Counted from the stretch's first letter, positions 1 to 11,845 are shown. The stretch: 64,000 bases of DNA from Macrostomum hystrix (GCA_950097015.1 CATNEN010000015.1:1612001-1676000), one strand, 5' to 3'. Program-made: numbers and translations. Notes: generated from the letters alone by a model not told the origin.

Positions 1-15
1 GTTCTCTAGTGGAAG

Positions 16-2362
16 ATGTCACACACAAGAACCTATAACCCATCCGTACGGGTGGGAAATTGGTTTGAGGACTGCAAACTGGAAGAGGTATGACTTTATG
101 AGATTGGCGATTGCCGCTAAATCACTTTAAAATTTTTTTTTTATTTTTTCTCTCTATTGAATCGAAACCTCAATTAAAAAGTATAATAGTAACTAGCTAA
201 TAATGAAGATATTATATCATTTGACACATAGAATATAGTTACTCTCGAAGCAGATTGACAATTAGTTGTGAATATGATTTTTTGTTTTTTGTTTTCCTCT
301 TTTTAGGTAATTAAAATAAATAATTTTTTGCTCAATTTTAAAGGAATTTATATTGACCGAATAGTTTGCTTGACATTTGAAATTAACTTAATAAATTTAT
401 AGGACACCATCAAGAACTTTCTAGAGAAGAAGGAGCGCGGAGAGCTTTTATCACAGAAGGTTGGCAATCTATACAAGTCTGTGTCTTCAACATCAGCTTC
501 CGGTACAGATGTGAGCAGAACTTTCATGGCATTTTTATCAAACTGGGGCAGAAAGTCAATGGATTTGTTGGAAAGTCAGAGTTGGACAGCTCATGTCAAG
601 TAATTAAACGCACCTGCAGACCAGCGCCGCCCTGAGCACTTCCCACGACGGCCTGCTCCACTTCGGCGATCGAATTCAGCTGCGAAATCCTGGCGCCGAT
701 GCCGCCCTCGTCCGGCTCGGCCGCAGCCAGACCCGCTGCCCGTCCGTGCTGAGCGTCTCCATTGGCGAGGAGGTGCTGAGCAGCCCTGCCGGGGCCCTGC
801 CCGACCCGAGTCCCGCCTCCGCTGCCCAGTCCTGCCAGGCAATGGGCCGCAACGTCTTCACCGTCGTCAGCGTTGACGGCACACCGGAAGGCAAGCCGGT
901 GGCCTTCAACCAGCCCTTCCAGCTGATGACGCACTCCAGTCTTGGAGCGCCGGTGTGTGCTGCTTGAGAAATTCGTTTTTTGGGGGATCTGCCGACCCAC
1001 AGGGGACCCACCGGTTAGAAACTAATTGAGGCTGAGGCTAAAGGATTCAATATTCACTAAATTATCAGGGGCTGACCCATCAGTAAGTCTCTGAAGTGGC
1101 TGACCAGAAAGTTACTAGAGGCTGACACACAGAAGTTACTAGAGGCTGTCTCACAGAAGTTACTAGAGGCTGTCTCACAGAAGTTACTAGAGGCTGACAC
1201 ACAGAATTTACTAGAGGCTGACACACAGAAGTTACTAGAGGCTGTCTCACAGAAGTTACTAGAGGCTGTCTCACAGAAGTTACTAGAGGCTGTCTCACAG
1301 AAGTTATTAGAGGCTGACACACAGAAGTTACTAGAGGCTGTCTCACAGAAGTTACTAGAGGCTGACACACAGAATTTACTAGAGGCTGACACACAGACGT
1401 TACTAGAGGCTGTCTCACAGAAGTTACTAGAGGCTGTCTCACAGAAGTTACTAGAGCCTGACACACAGAAGTTACTAGAGGCTGACACACAGAAGTTACT
1501 AGAGGCTGACACACAGAAGTTACTAGAGGCTGACACACAGAAGTTACTAGAGGCTGACACACAGAAGTTACTAGAGGCTGACACACAGAAGTTACTAGAG
1601 GCTGACACACAGAAGTTACTAGAGGCTGACACACAGAAGTTACTAGAGGCTGACACACAGAAGTTACTAGAGACTGACACACAGAAGTTACTAGAGGCTG
1701 TCTCACAGAAGTTACTGAAGACTATCATACTGATATAAGTTTATTCTCTTTAGCCTCGATCCTGTCAATCATCAGAATGCAAAGCATTGCGAACCTCCAC
1801 ACCGCAGATGTACTTGTCTTCGGATCGTGTGAAGTTCGGCGACACGCCCCGCAAGCACGGCAAGCAGATTGTGCAGTTCACAGCCGAGAGCAGCTTCCTG
1901 ACTCACTGGCGGGCCGAGTACTTCAATCCACAGCTGCGCATGGAATACGAGGGCGCGCCGATTCCGGTAGGTCAATATAATCACTTTTGCAAGCCTCAAA
2001 GCCAAAGGCTATTTTTTGCGAAGTAATTAATTATTAGTTCTAACAAAAATATTAAATCTACTTTATAGGTTGGCGAGCCGCTGATTCTGAAGCACGTCAA
2101 GACCAACCAGAGTCTGGCTGTTGAAGACAAATACGTTATTAGGTAAACTTGAATAGCGTTAAAAATGGCCCTTTTAGTGTCGCCACGATCATTTGTTTCA
2201 CGCTTAAAATGACCGCATGAAAACAATTTCAGAGGCCTGATGGGCACAGAATTCGAGGTGTCGAGCCAGACCTACCTGACCGATCACAAAGCTGAGACTG
2301 ACGCCAATCACTGGGCTTTCGGTGTCAACTGCCCGCCTGGAGCCACCGGCGGTGCCTGCTAA
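16..2362 (+). CDS. CFAP161: Cilia- and flagella-associated protein 161 (C15orf26 family), 6 coding exons: 16-87, 403-~510 (donor uncertain: 459, 480 or 510), 620-952, 1808-1966, 2069-2142, 2233-2362
   Basis: Spliced translation gives MSHTRTYNPSVRVGNWFEDCKLEE/DTIKNFLEKKERGELL...LSTSHDGLLHFGDRIQL...GRNVFTVVS.../MYLSSD...FNPQLRMEYEGAPIP/VGEPLILKHVKTNQSLAV.../...TYLTDHKAETDANHW. This is colinear with recalled human CFAP161 motifs (VRIGNWNED, DFLEKRDKGKLL, YLSSD, DPQLRLEYEGFPVP, HTYLDSH). All introns are GT-AG and phase-compatible. Confidence 0.9.
1107..1716. repeat. 24-bp minisatellite (GTTACTAGAGGCTGACACACAGAA), ~25 copies, CFAP161 intron 3
   Basis: Direct tandem units with GACAC/GTCTC variants; explains the repetitive ORFs at 1057-1728. 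Confidence 0.95.
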
Positions 2363-2946
2363 ATGAGATTTTATAGCGGCGCGCGCTGCGCTAATTTTAG
2401 CACGCATGCCCGAACTCTCCTACTTAAAGTTAAAATGTACGAGTAGAAAAAATGTCACTTTAACTAATTTAAGTTTTAATGACGATGAAACATGAATTTT
2501 AGCATGAACAGAAACTAAACTGGTACTGTTTGAGAGGATCCAAAGTTTTTGATAATTAATTGTTGTATTTTTTCTCAATGCCGTGTTGTGTTTTATGAAC
2601 AAACGAAATATTTTATTCTATATATCTTATAAGTTTGTCATTATTTGCTTATCTACTCTCAATACCTTAATTTTTGACAAGCGCAAATTAAATAAGTCAC
2701 TAAAGACAGACAAAAGATATAGTCACAATGAGCTTTGATTGGGTATCCTTCATCATCATCCTTGATATAAATGTGTCAATATCCATTTAGGAAAACAAAT
2801 CGAATGTTTTAATTATCTTATTAAGATAATTAGCAATTCTAGCAATAAATCAATCACATTTATTGGCAATTCAACTTGTACTCGTACCATTGTGCAACAG
2901 TATATTTATGGAACAAAAAATTAAAAATTAAGTAGAAAAGTTAGTT

Positions 2947-3300
2947 GGGTCGGTGGCAGATCGGTTTAACGCGGTTGCCTCTCGCACAAAGGTCCCTAAG
3001 TTCGATTCCGCGGCGAGGCCACATTAATTTGGGGCGCAGCCGCGGAGAGAAGGCTTGGGGGCTTGTCGTGCAATTGACGCCCTAGATGGCCAACCTCCAA
3101 GGCACAGTGAAGTGTACACTGTCTGACGATGAGAAAGTCAGGGCAGATGTACACACCTGTGTGAGCGTGTGCCTGCGTACAGTATCCGTGTGCGTGTGTG
3201 CTCAGGAGTCAGCGGAATGGGCAGAATTGCCTCCTCGCTGGCTGCGGGTCTACTAACAACTGTTACCGAATAATGTGCCATTGCCCGCAGCCCTCCTGCA

Positions 3301-3347
<47 letters not shown>

Positions 3348-3351
3348 TATT
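2947..3351 (+). mobile_element. tRNA-derived SINE, copy A, with (ATT)n tail
   Basis: A-box-like TGGCAGATCGG, B-box-like GTTCGATTCC, ~350-bp body shared with 6 other loci in the window, long (ATT)n tail at 3301-3351. Confidence 0.9.
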
Positions 3352-3771
3352 TAGTAGAAAAGTTGTTCAAACGTAGAAGCTATGTAATAAATATAATGAT
3401 TTCTCGTTAAACATGAAATAAAAAAACGGTGATAATATTTATTGAGTAATGATCAGTGATACATAGAGCTAAAATTGGTCAAGAATTTAACATCTATATC
3501 TTTACAATAGAAACTGTTAATACAATGATTTCAGTAAACTGGCGACCGACATAAAATTCAAGGTGGCATAAACATAGACTTATATTATCGAGGCTGCGGA
3601 AATCCAATTTGTCATAATCATACACTGTTCTCCGTGAATTGATGTGCACTACATGCATTGTTATACAACTAACTAGCATAGGCTGATGCTTCACAAAGTG
3701 TGCAGTCAGATTTGTTAAATAGTTTATCTAAAACAAGGCGGTGTCTGGGGGGAACTCGCTGTGCTCAGAAC

Positions 3772-5902
3772 TCAGGCCACGCAGTTGACATTGTGTAGAG
3801 TGATCAAGCCGCGCATTGAGTCGTTGTCATCGGACGCGTTAACATCCGCGATGCTGGCAGCTCCGGGCACGTCTTCACCGGCGGGCAGTGCGGACAGTGC
3901 CGCGGCGCTGGACAAGTTCGAGGCGTCCTCAGTTGGCGATGAGTGCTGAAACTGGTGCAGCAGGAGCTGGTTCTCGTCATCAGTCGGAGATCCCAGCAGC
4001 TGGTCCTGCTGATGAGTCGGTTTGAGCAGCGATCTGCGGTACTTGGCTCGGGCGTTCTGAAACCAAACCTGCAGCACCCGCTTGCTCAGGCAGGTCTTCT
4101 GGGCCAGCTGCTTCAGATCCTTGGAGTCCGGGTTGTGATTCACTAGGAAGTAGGCCTTCATTGTACGCAGCTGGTGATGCTTGAAGCTGGTGCGGACTCG
4201 CTTCTGGCGCTGCTGCTGCTGCTGCTGGGGTGTCAGCTCGTGCTGGCGCTGGCGAGGCTGTCGATTCAGTGGCTGCTGGCAGCTCAACTCGGCTTCCGAT
4301 GGGGAATCAATCGACTCGAACCCATCGACAATGGAATTTGGGGCTCCTGCGTCTGAAGGATAAATCATCAGCGTTAGGCATGTTGTGTCTGCCGGCCATC
4401 CTTCAGCAGGCCATCCCTTTATCATTCAGCAGGCCATCCCTTCATCTTTCAGCAGGCCATCCCTTCATCATTCAGCACACCATCCCTTCATCCTTTAGCA
4501 GGCCATCCCTTTATCATTCAGCACACCATCCCTTCATCTTTCAGCAGGCCATCCCTTTATCATTCAGCACACCATCCCTTCATCATTTAGCACTCCATCC
4601 CTTCATCCTTGAGCACACCATCCCTTCATCATTTAGCACTCCATCCCTTCATCCTTCAGCACACCATCCCTTCCTCATTCAGCACACCATCCCTTCATCT
4701 TTCAGCAGGCCATCCCTTCATCCTTCAGCACACTATCCCTTCATCCTTCAGCACACCATCCCTTCATCCTTCAGCACACCATCCCTTCATCATTCAGCAC
4801 ACCATCCCTTCATCCTTGAGCACACCATCCCTTCATCCTTCAGCACACCATCCCTTTATCATTCAGCACACCATCCCTTCATCTTTCAGCAGGCCATCCC
4901 TTCATCTTTCAGCAGGCCATCCCTTCATCCTTCAGCACACCATTCCTTCATCCTTCAGCACACCATCCCTTCATCCTTGAGCACACCATCCCTTCATCCT
5001 TCAGCACACCATCCCTTCATCATTTAGCACTCCATCCCTTCATCCTTGAGCACACCATCCCTTCATCATTTAGCACTCCATCCCTTCATCCTTGAGCACA
5101 CCATCCCTTCATCATTTAGCACTCCATCCCTTCATCCTTGAGCACACCATCCCTTCATCATTTAGCACTCCATCCCTTCATCCTTGAGCACACCATCCCT
5201 TCATCATTTAGCACTCCATCCCTTCATCCTTCAGCACACCATCCCTTTATCATTCAGCAGGCCATCCCTTTATCCTTCAGCACACCATTCCTTCATCCTT
5301 CAGCACACCATTCCTTCATCCTTGAGCACACCATCCCTTCATCATTTAGCAGGCTGTCCCAAAATCCTTTATAGAATGAAAAAGAAATGCTTAAATCCTA
5401 GCAAAGAAATAGAACATAACTGTGCGCCCTAGAGTCCCTAGCAACAGTCGCACCATGCGAAGCGCGCGCATACCGCACCCAGCTAGACAAAGGCACAAGC
5501 CGCCCCGGAGGCTCCTAGAAGACTAAGTCTTGATATCTGAAGCCAAAGCCAGGGGGCGGAGCATTGACCCGGCGACAACAAAAACTGATAGAGACACTGC
5601 CGCCTGATAGCATCAAGAATAGCACACTCGAGCTCTATCAAGAGACATAGAGGCCGCATACACACTCGCCGAGGTCCGGCCCAGCTGTGAGAAACTCTCC
5701 CGCTGGGAATTCTGGGCCCTCCAACTCAACTGTGCGCGCGTGTTGGGCTGTGAGACGCGAAGGGACAGGCGGCTCCACTTCATCTTTGGTTTGGCCTCAG
5801 CGGGTGGCGCATCGGTTGAAGCATTTTTTCAATTGTGCCCGCCGACAAACAATCCCGAGAGGGTGTCGCGATACTTAATGCTATTTTTGCTACGGGGCTG
5901 GT

Positions 5903-5934
<32 letters not shown>

Positions 5935-8900
5935 CACACGCAATCCAGCGAGTGACGTGTTCACGTGTCCCGCCAGAGTCTATGGTCAGTCTCTACTCGT
6001 CGATACACAAAGGTTCCGCCCATTTCTGACAGCTAGCTCTTGTGTTAACTACTACACTTCTTGGTTGCTATGCTGCTGCTAGGGCCAAACGCCGCATAGA
6101 GACTTTGATGCCCTCGGGCCCTTGTACAGTTAAGTCACTGCTAGCAGTCGGTGTGGAAATATTTCCGATTTTGAACTCAACAGACTGGCATTGAGACTGG
6201 CATTGATTAATAGATTGAAATCTCACCATCAGCAGGCACAGGTGTCAAGCTCAGGTGATCAGCTTCTTGTTTCACTAATTCCCCTCTATTGCAGGCGGCA
6301 GTGGGCAAGTCGGGATCGTCAACAAACTGCTTGAAAAGCTGGGAGTTGGTTGCTGCTGTTGTCAAAGTTGTCAACTTACTCGGCTGGGGCGGGACTTTCA
6401 GCGAGCTGCTCTTCTGTTTCCTGGGACGACCTTTTTGTCGGGAAGATGTCTGGAATAATGAGAAACAATTGCACCGTAACTCCATGATCCCAATATTCCA
6501 TGATCCCAATATTCCATGATCCCAATATTCCATGGTCCCAATATTCCATGATCCCAATATTCCATAATCCCAATATTCCATAATCCCAATATTCCATGAT
6601 CCCAATATTCCATAATCCCAATATTCCATGATCCCAATATTCCATGATCCCAATATTCCATGATCCCAATATTCCATGATCCCAATATTCCATGATCCCA
6701 ATATTCCATAATCCCAATATTCCATGATCCCAATATTCCATGATCCCAATATTCCATAATCCCAATATTCCATGATCCCAATATTCCATAATCCCAATAT
6801 TCCATAATCCCAATATTCCATGATCCCAATATTCCATAATCCCAATATTCCATAATCCCAATATTCCATGATCCCAATATTCCATGATCCCAATATTCCA
6901 TAATCCCAATATTCCATAATCCCAATATTCCATGATCCCAATATTCCATAATCCCAATATTCCATGATCCCAATATTCCATGATCCCAATATTCCATAAT
7001 CCCAATATTCCATGATCCCAATATTCCATGATCCCAATATTCCATAATCCCAATATTCCATAATCCCAATATTCCATAATCCCAATATTCCATAATCCCA
7101 ATATTCCATGATCCCAATATTCCATAATCCCAATATTCCATAATCCCAATATTCCATGATCCCAATATTCCATAATCCCAATATTCCATAATCCCAATAT
7201 TCCATGATCCCAATATTCCATAATCCCAATATTCCATGATCCCAATATTCCATAATCCCAATATTCCATGATCCCAATATTCCATGATCCCAATATTCCA
7301 TAATCCCAATATTCCATAATCCAAAGAAGCCGCTGTAATGCTCAAATCACGGTACCTTAGTCCTAGCAGACTGAGCAGTAGCGGCAGTTGTCCCATCATC
7401 TCGCAGATTTGGCAGCAGCCGCATGTGCATCTCGCAGTACACCTCACCGTCGGCGTCCATACCGAAGGTGTCGCCAGTTGCGAACCGTCGCTGGCAGCCG
7501 CCGCAGGTGAAGCAGTCCAGGTGGAAGCGCCGGCTGCCGGCCCGCATCACCAGGTCGCTCGGGAGAAGGCGGCGCAGGCAGCGGGGACAATTCTGCGGCT
7601 GGCTGAACAGTCTGGCATGGAGGCGGAGACGAGTGAGGATTAGCGAGATGGGAGAAGGCGGCGCAGGCAGCGGGGACAATTCTGCGGCTGGCTGAACAGT
7701 CTGGCATGGAGGCGGAGACAAGTGAGGATTAGCGAGATGGGAGAAGGCGGCGCAGGCAGCGGGGACAATTCTGCGGCTGGCTGAACAGTCTGGCATGGAG
7801 GCGGAGACGAGTGAGGATTAGCGAGATGGGAGAAGGCGGCGCAGGCAGCGGGGACAATTCTGCGGCTGGCTGAACAGTCTGGCATGGAGGCGGAGACGAG
7901 TGAGGATTAGCGAGATGGGAGAAGGCGGCGCAGGCAGCGGGGACAATTCTGCGGCTGGCTGAACAGTCTGGCATGGAGGCGGAGACGAGTGAGGATTAGC
8001 GAGATGGGAGAAGACGGAAGAAGGGAGGGGTGGGTGGCAGACCGGTCTAACGCTAGTCTTGCAATTTACGCCCTTGAGGGCCAACCTGCAAGGCACAGTG
8101 AAATGTACACTGCCTGAGTCAGGGCAGATGTACACACCTGTGTGAGCGTGTGCCTGTGTACAGTATCTGTGTGCGTGTGTGCTCAGGAGTCAGCTTAATG
8201 GGCAGACTTGCCTCCTCGCTGGCTGCGGGTCTAGTGTCACCGAATGATGTGCCATTACCCGCTGCCCTCCTGCAGGTAACATTATTATTATATTAAGGGA
8301 GATAGGAGATGAAGGGGAGATGGAAAGTGAGAAGAAGTAGAGCTGATACCAGATATTTAGGAGGGAAAGTGTTAAGACATGCAGGGCCGCAACAAAAGCA
8401 ACGCAGCGCTAGTTTCCATGGCAACGAACAGGGCTTGGCTGTTTCCTGAGCCAAACGAAATACCGCAGACGGCCAAAGCGCAGACTTTGACCTCCAAATG
8501 CGAAAGTCAAGTTTCAAGCACTAAAGATGCCATGTCAGTCCTTGAAGCGGCCTGGGCCCTTAACAGGACTTCGATTGGAAAAGCGTGTAGCAAAATATGG
8601 GAAATATATATCAGATGGAGGTCCAGCTCTTTGTGGTTGAGTTTTTCAAAGCAGAAATGGCTTTGACGAAATGGCCAAGCATTTGACATCTTCTAAGATT
8701 AGTAGCTCCGGACAAAAGAATTTTAGGTTTGAACCATCCGTCAGTTAAAGCCATCCTGCTGTTTAAATGAACATTAAGTTTAAACCAACCCTCAGTTTAA
8801 ACCACCCCTCAGTTTAAACCACCCCTCAGTTTAAACCACCCCTCAGTTTAAACCACCTCTCAGTTTAAACCACCCCTCAGTTTAAACCACCCCTCAGTTT

Positions 8901-10279
8901 AAACCACCCCTCAGTTTTCTGAAGAAGACTTCTTGTTTGACTTGTTTTCAGAGCAGACGGGGTGTAAATTTCAGCAATTCGGGGATTAATGTTGTTAGAA
9001 AGTCTTCACCAATAAAGAAGAAATTGCACCCAAAGCTGACGTTATGAAACAGAGGGAGAAGAAAAATACGGAAAACATTAAAGGGCATTCATAGGAAAGG
9101 TATTCACAGGGTTCGCATTTCTGTGCACCCTCCCAACACACAGTGGGAAGGAGCTAAAAGCGTTGAATAGAAAGTTGTTGCGGGACAGCAGCAGCCTGTG
9201 CAGCACCTCCTTTGAGAGTATCTTAGAAAATGTGAAGTCAATAAGACGATGCCCCCCATTCACCACGTGCTAGCTATGCGAATAACAAGAACCTGCGAAT
9301 CGCTTGATTGGGAACAAGATTATTGCTAAGCAGGGCGCGAATTCTATACAATCCTTATCATTTCTGTCTTTATCCTTCCCGTCTTTATAATTCCTGTCTA
9401 TATCCTTACAGGTCTTTATCCTTTCTGTCTATATCCTTGCATGTCTTTATCCTACCTGTCTTTATCGTATCTATCTTAATCCTGCTAGTCTTTATCCTAC
9501 CTGTCTTTATCCTACTAGTCTTTATCCTACCTGTCTTTATCCTACTAGTCTTTATCCTACCATTCTTTATCCTACTAGTCTTTATCCTACCTTTCTTTAT
9601 CCTACCTGTCTTTATCCTACTAGTCTTTATCCTACCAGTCTTTATGCTACCTGTCTTTATCCTACCTGTCTTTATCCTACCTGTCTTTATCCTACCTGTC
9701 TTTATCCTACCTGTCTTTATGCTACCTGTCTTTATCCTACCTGTCTTTATCCTACTAGTCTTTATCCTACTAGTCTTTATCCTACTAGTCTTTATCCTAC
9801 CTGCCTTTATCCTACTAGTCTTTATCCTACCTGTCTTTATCCTACTAGTCTCTATCCTATCAGTTTTTATCCTACCTGTCTTTATCCTACTAGTCTTTAT
9901 CCTACTAGTCTTTATCCTACCAGTCTTTATCCTACCTGTCTTTATCCTACCTATATTTATCTTACTAGTCTTTATCCTACGTGTCATAATCCTAATTAGA
10001 TTTATCCTGTCATTATCCCAGCCATCTTTATCCCAGCCATCACACCTACCTGTAGTAGTCCTCCCAGCAGTACAGTCGGCCATCCCTGCAGTAACATTTT
10101 CCGGCACCTTCCAAGCACACGCCGCATTCGCAGCAGCTCAGGCAGCGACAGTGGAAGGCCGCTTCGCCAACCTGGAGGAAGAACCGCTCGATGATTGGCT
10201 TATCGCAGCGCTGACAGCGGGGCAGATTGTGATTCAGCGGAAACTGCAGCGATGGTGTCGGTGGCGGAGGCAGCGGTGG
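3772..10279 (-). CDS. LHX2/9: LIM-homeodomain transcription factor, Lhx2/9 (apterous) class. Exons: ~10279-10050 (LIM1), 7611-7356 (LIM2), 6449-6227, 4352-3772 (homeodomain); 5' end/start codon unresolved (possible ATG at 10363)
   Basis: LIM1 CQRC...HCRCLSCCEC...YCWEDYY; LIM2 CPRC...FHLDCFTCGGC...YCEMH; linker QKGRPRKQKS; homeodomain KRVRTSFKHHQLRTMKAYFLVNHNPDSKDLKQLAQKTCLSKRVLQVWFQNARAKYRR, which matches the Lhx2/9 signature. Splice phases 2, 0, 1 are mutually consistent. Confidence 0.93.
4395..5352. repeat. Degenerate ~21-23-bp pyrimidine-rich minisatellite (CCATCCCTTCATCcTTCAGCACA) in Lhx2/9 intron
   Basis: Repeated CACCATCCCTTCATC cores over ~950 bp. Confidence 0.9.
6481..7322. repeat. 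16-bp minisatellite (TCCATGATCCCAATAT / TCCATAATCCCAATAT), ~52 copies, filling most of Lhx2/9 intron 6450-7355
   Basis: Near-perfect 16-bp periodicity. Confidence 0.97.
7562..8006. repeat. 89-bp tandem repeat, 5 copies, each containing the Lhx2/9 LIM2-exon splice acceptor and the first ~50 exon bases
   Basis: Units start at 7562, 7651, 7740, 7829 and 7918. The minus-strand unit contains GCTAATCCTCAC...CCATGCCAG|ACTGTTCAGC. Confidence 0.95.
8028..8295 (+). mobile_element. tRNA-derived SINE, copy B, internally deleted
   Basis: A box TGGCAGACCGG, then jumps to the body (TGCAATTTACGCCC...GCCCTCCTGCA) with a short ATT tail; B-box segment missing. Confidence 0.85.
8412..8425. promoter_or_regulatory. 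RFX X-box consensus match GTTTCCATGGCAAC in Lhx2/9 intron
   Basis: Matches GTHNYY-AT-RRNAAC exactly; function untested. Confidence 0.3.
8791..8916. repeat. 17-bp minisatellite (CTCAGTTTAAACCACCC), ~7 copies
   Basis: Direct tandem units at 17-bp spacing. Confidence 0.9.
9362..10040. repeat. 15-bp minisatellite (CTTTATCCTACCTGT / CTTTATCCTACTAGT), ~45 copies, next to the LIM1 exon donor
   Basis: 15-bp periodicity; explains the VFILP/IKTGR ORFs. Confidence 0.92.
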
Positions 10280-10406
10280 CTGAGGACCATTTCGGGTGAG
10301 CGAAGGATTTAGGTTATAATTAGTTTTACTGACTACACCTGTCTTTAAACAGATTGGAAACATGTTACGAAGTTCGGAGATATACGAGTAGCTCAGGCGC
10401 ATTAGG

Positions 10407-10828
10407 CAGTTTTAGAATCCTGTTAGACAGTTTTAGAATCCTGTTAGACCGTTTTAGAATCCTGTTAGACAGTTTTAGAATCCTGTTAGAAAGTTTTAGA
10501 ATCCTGTTAAACAGTTTTAGAATCCTGTTAGACAGTTTTAGAATCCTGTTAGACAGTTTTAGAATCCTGTTAGACCGTTTTAGAATCCTGTTGGACAGTT
10601 TTAGAAACCTGTTAGACAGTTTTAGAATCCTTTTAGACAGTTTTAGAATCCTGTTAGACAGTTTTAGAATCCTGTTAGACAGTTTTAGAAACCTGTTAGA
10701 TAGTAATGAAATCTGTTAGATAGTAATGAAACCTGTTAGATAGTAATGAAATCTGTTAGATAGTAATGAAATCTGTTAGATAGTAATGAAATCTGTTAGA
10801 TAGTAATGAAACCTGTTAGATAGTAATG
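10407..10828. repeat. Two abutting arrays: 21-bp (AGTTTTAGAATCCTGTTAGAC, ~14 copies) then 20-bp (TAGTAATGAAATCTGTTAGA, ~6 copies)
   Basis: Unit switch at ~10700; both share CTGTTAGA. Confidence 0.92.
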
Positions 10829-11292
10829 GTATGGTAGTGTTGCATGCTTGCATCATGTCTGATCAGTTTTTTTCGGGGAGAATTCGCTGATTAATTCTTT
10901 GTCCAACTGAAAATTTGGCACGTCAAGTCACGCAGAATCTGGCATCCCTTGCTCCTAGTAGAATTTTCTGCAAATTTTCTGCTTAGTTGGTTCCGAATGA
11001 CAAGAAAGTCACTCCTCACACAATGCCAATACTGATTCTTGGAGTCACGTTGCGCAAATTTAGGGAAAATTGTAGAGAAAAACTGCCAACTTATTGTCCC
11101 GCTAGCCAACACGAACTCAACAATTCTTTATCTCCTTTCGCTTCAGCGATGTCGGATAATAATCTTGTCGCAAACAGACTCATATTTGCTAGGCACCACA
11201 CACACTGGAGTCGATTTAGTGGATTCAGTTTTTTTCCGATGACATTTCTAACTTTCATCTTAGATTTCTTGATTGTTCCTAACTAGCTGGGT

Positions 11293-11629
11293 GGGGGTTG
11301 AGTGGCAGAGCCGTTAACGCGTTTGCATCTCGCGCCAGGTCCCTGAGCTCGATTCCGCGGCGAGGCCACATTTACTCGGGGGGGGCTTGTCGCAAATTTA
11401 CGCCATTGAGGGCCAACCTCCAAAGCACAGTGAGAGTGTACACTGCCTGACGATGAGAAAGTCAGGACAGATGTACACACCTGTGTGAGCGAGTGCCTGC
11501 GTACGGTATCTGTGTGCGTGTGTGCTCAGGAGTCAGCGAAATGGGCAGAATTGCCTCCTCGCTGGCTGCGGGTCTAGTGTCACCAAATGATGTGCCATTG
11601 CCCGCAGCCCTCCTGCAATTATTATTATA
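11293..11629 (+). mobile_element. tRNA-derived SINE, copy C
   Basis: TGGCAGAGCCG A box, GCTCGATTCC B box, shared body, ATTATTATT tail. Confidence 0.9.
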
Positions 11630-11639
11630 ATTGACTAAC

Positions 11640-11845
11640 TGGATCAGACTAGCAGAGAGCGGATATAGTCTGGTAGAGAGCGGATTGAGACTGGTAGAGA
11701 GCGGATTTAGTCTGGTGGAGAGCAGATTGAGACTGGTAGAGAGCGGATTTAGTCTGGTAGAGAGCGAATTGAGACTGGTAGAGAGCGGATTGAGACTGGT
11801 AGAGAGCGGATTTAGTCTGGTAGAGAGCAGATTGAGACTGGTTAG
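11640..11845. repeat. 21-bp minisatellite (AGACTGGTAGAGAGCGGATTG/TAGT variants)
   Basis: Tandem units immediately after the SINE C tail. Confidence 0.88.

Noticed and set aside
3120-3155. Hammerhead-like order CTGACGA...GAAA...GTC inside the SINE (CTGACGATGAGAAAGTCAG)
   Set aside because: Only 3 nt separate CUGANGA from GAAA and none separate GAAA from GUC, so stems II and III cannot form. CTGAC/GTCAG simply pair within a long hairpin.
5436-6084. Short inverted match CCCTAGCAACAG / CTGCTGCTAGGG around ~650 bp of unique intronic sequence
   Set aside because: Only 12 bp with a mismatch, no target-site duplication and no second copy in the window.
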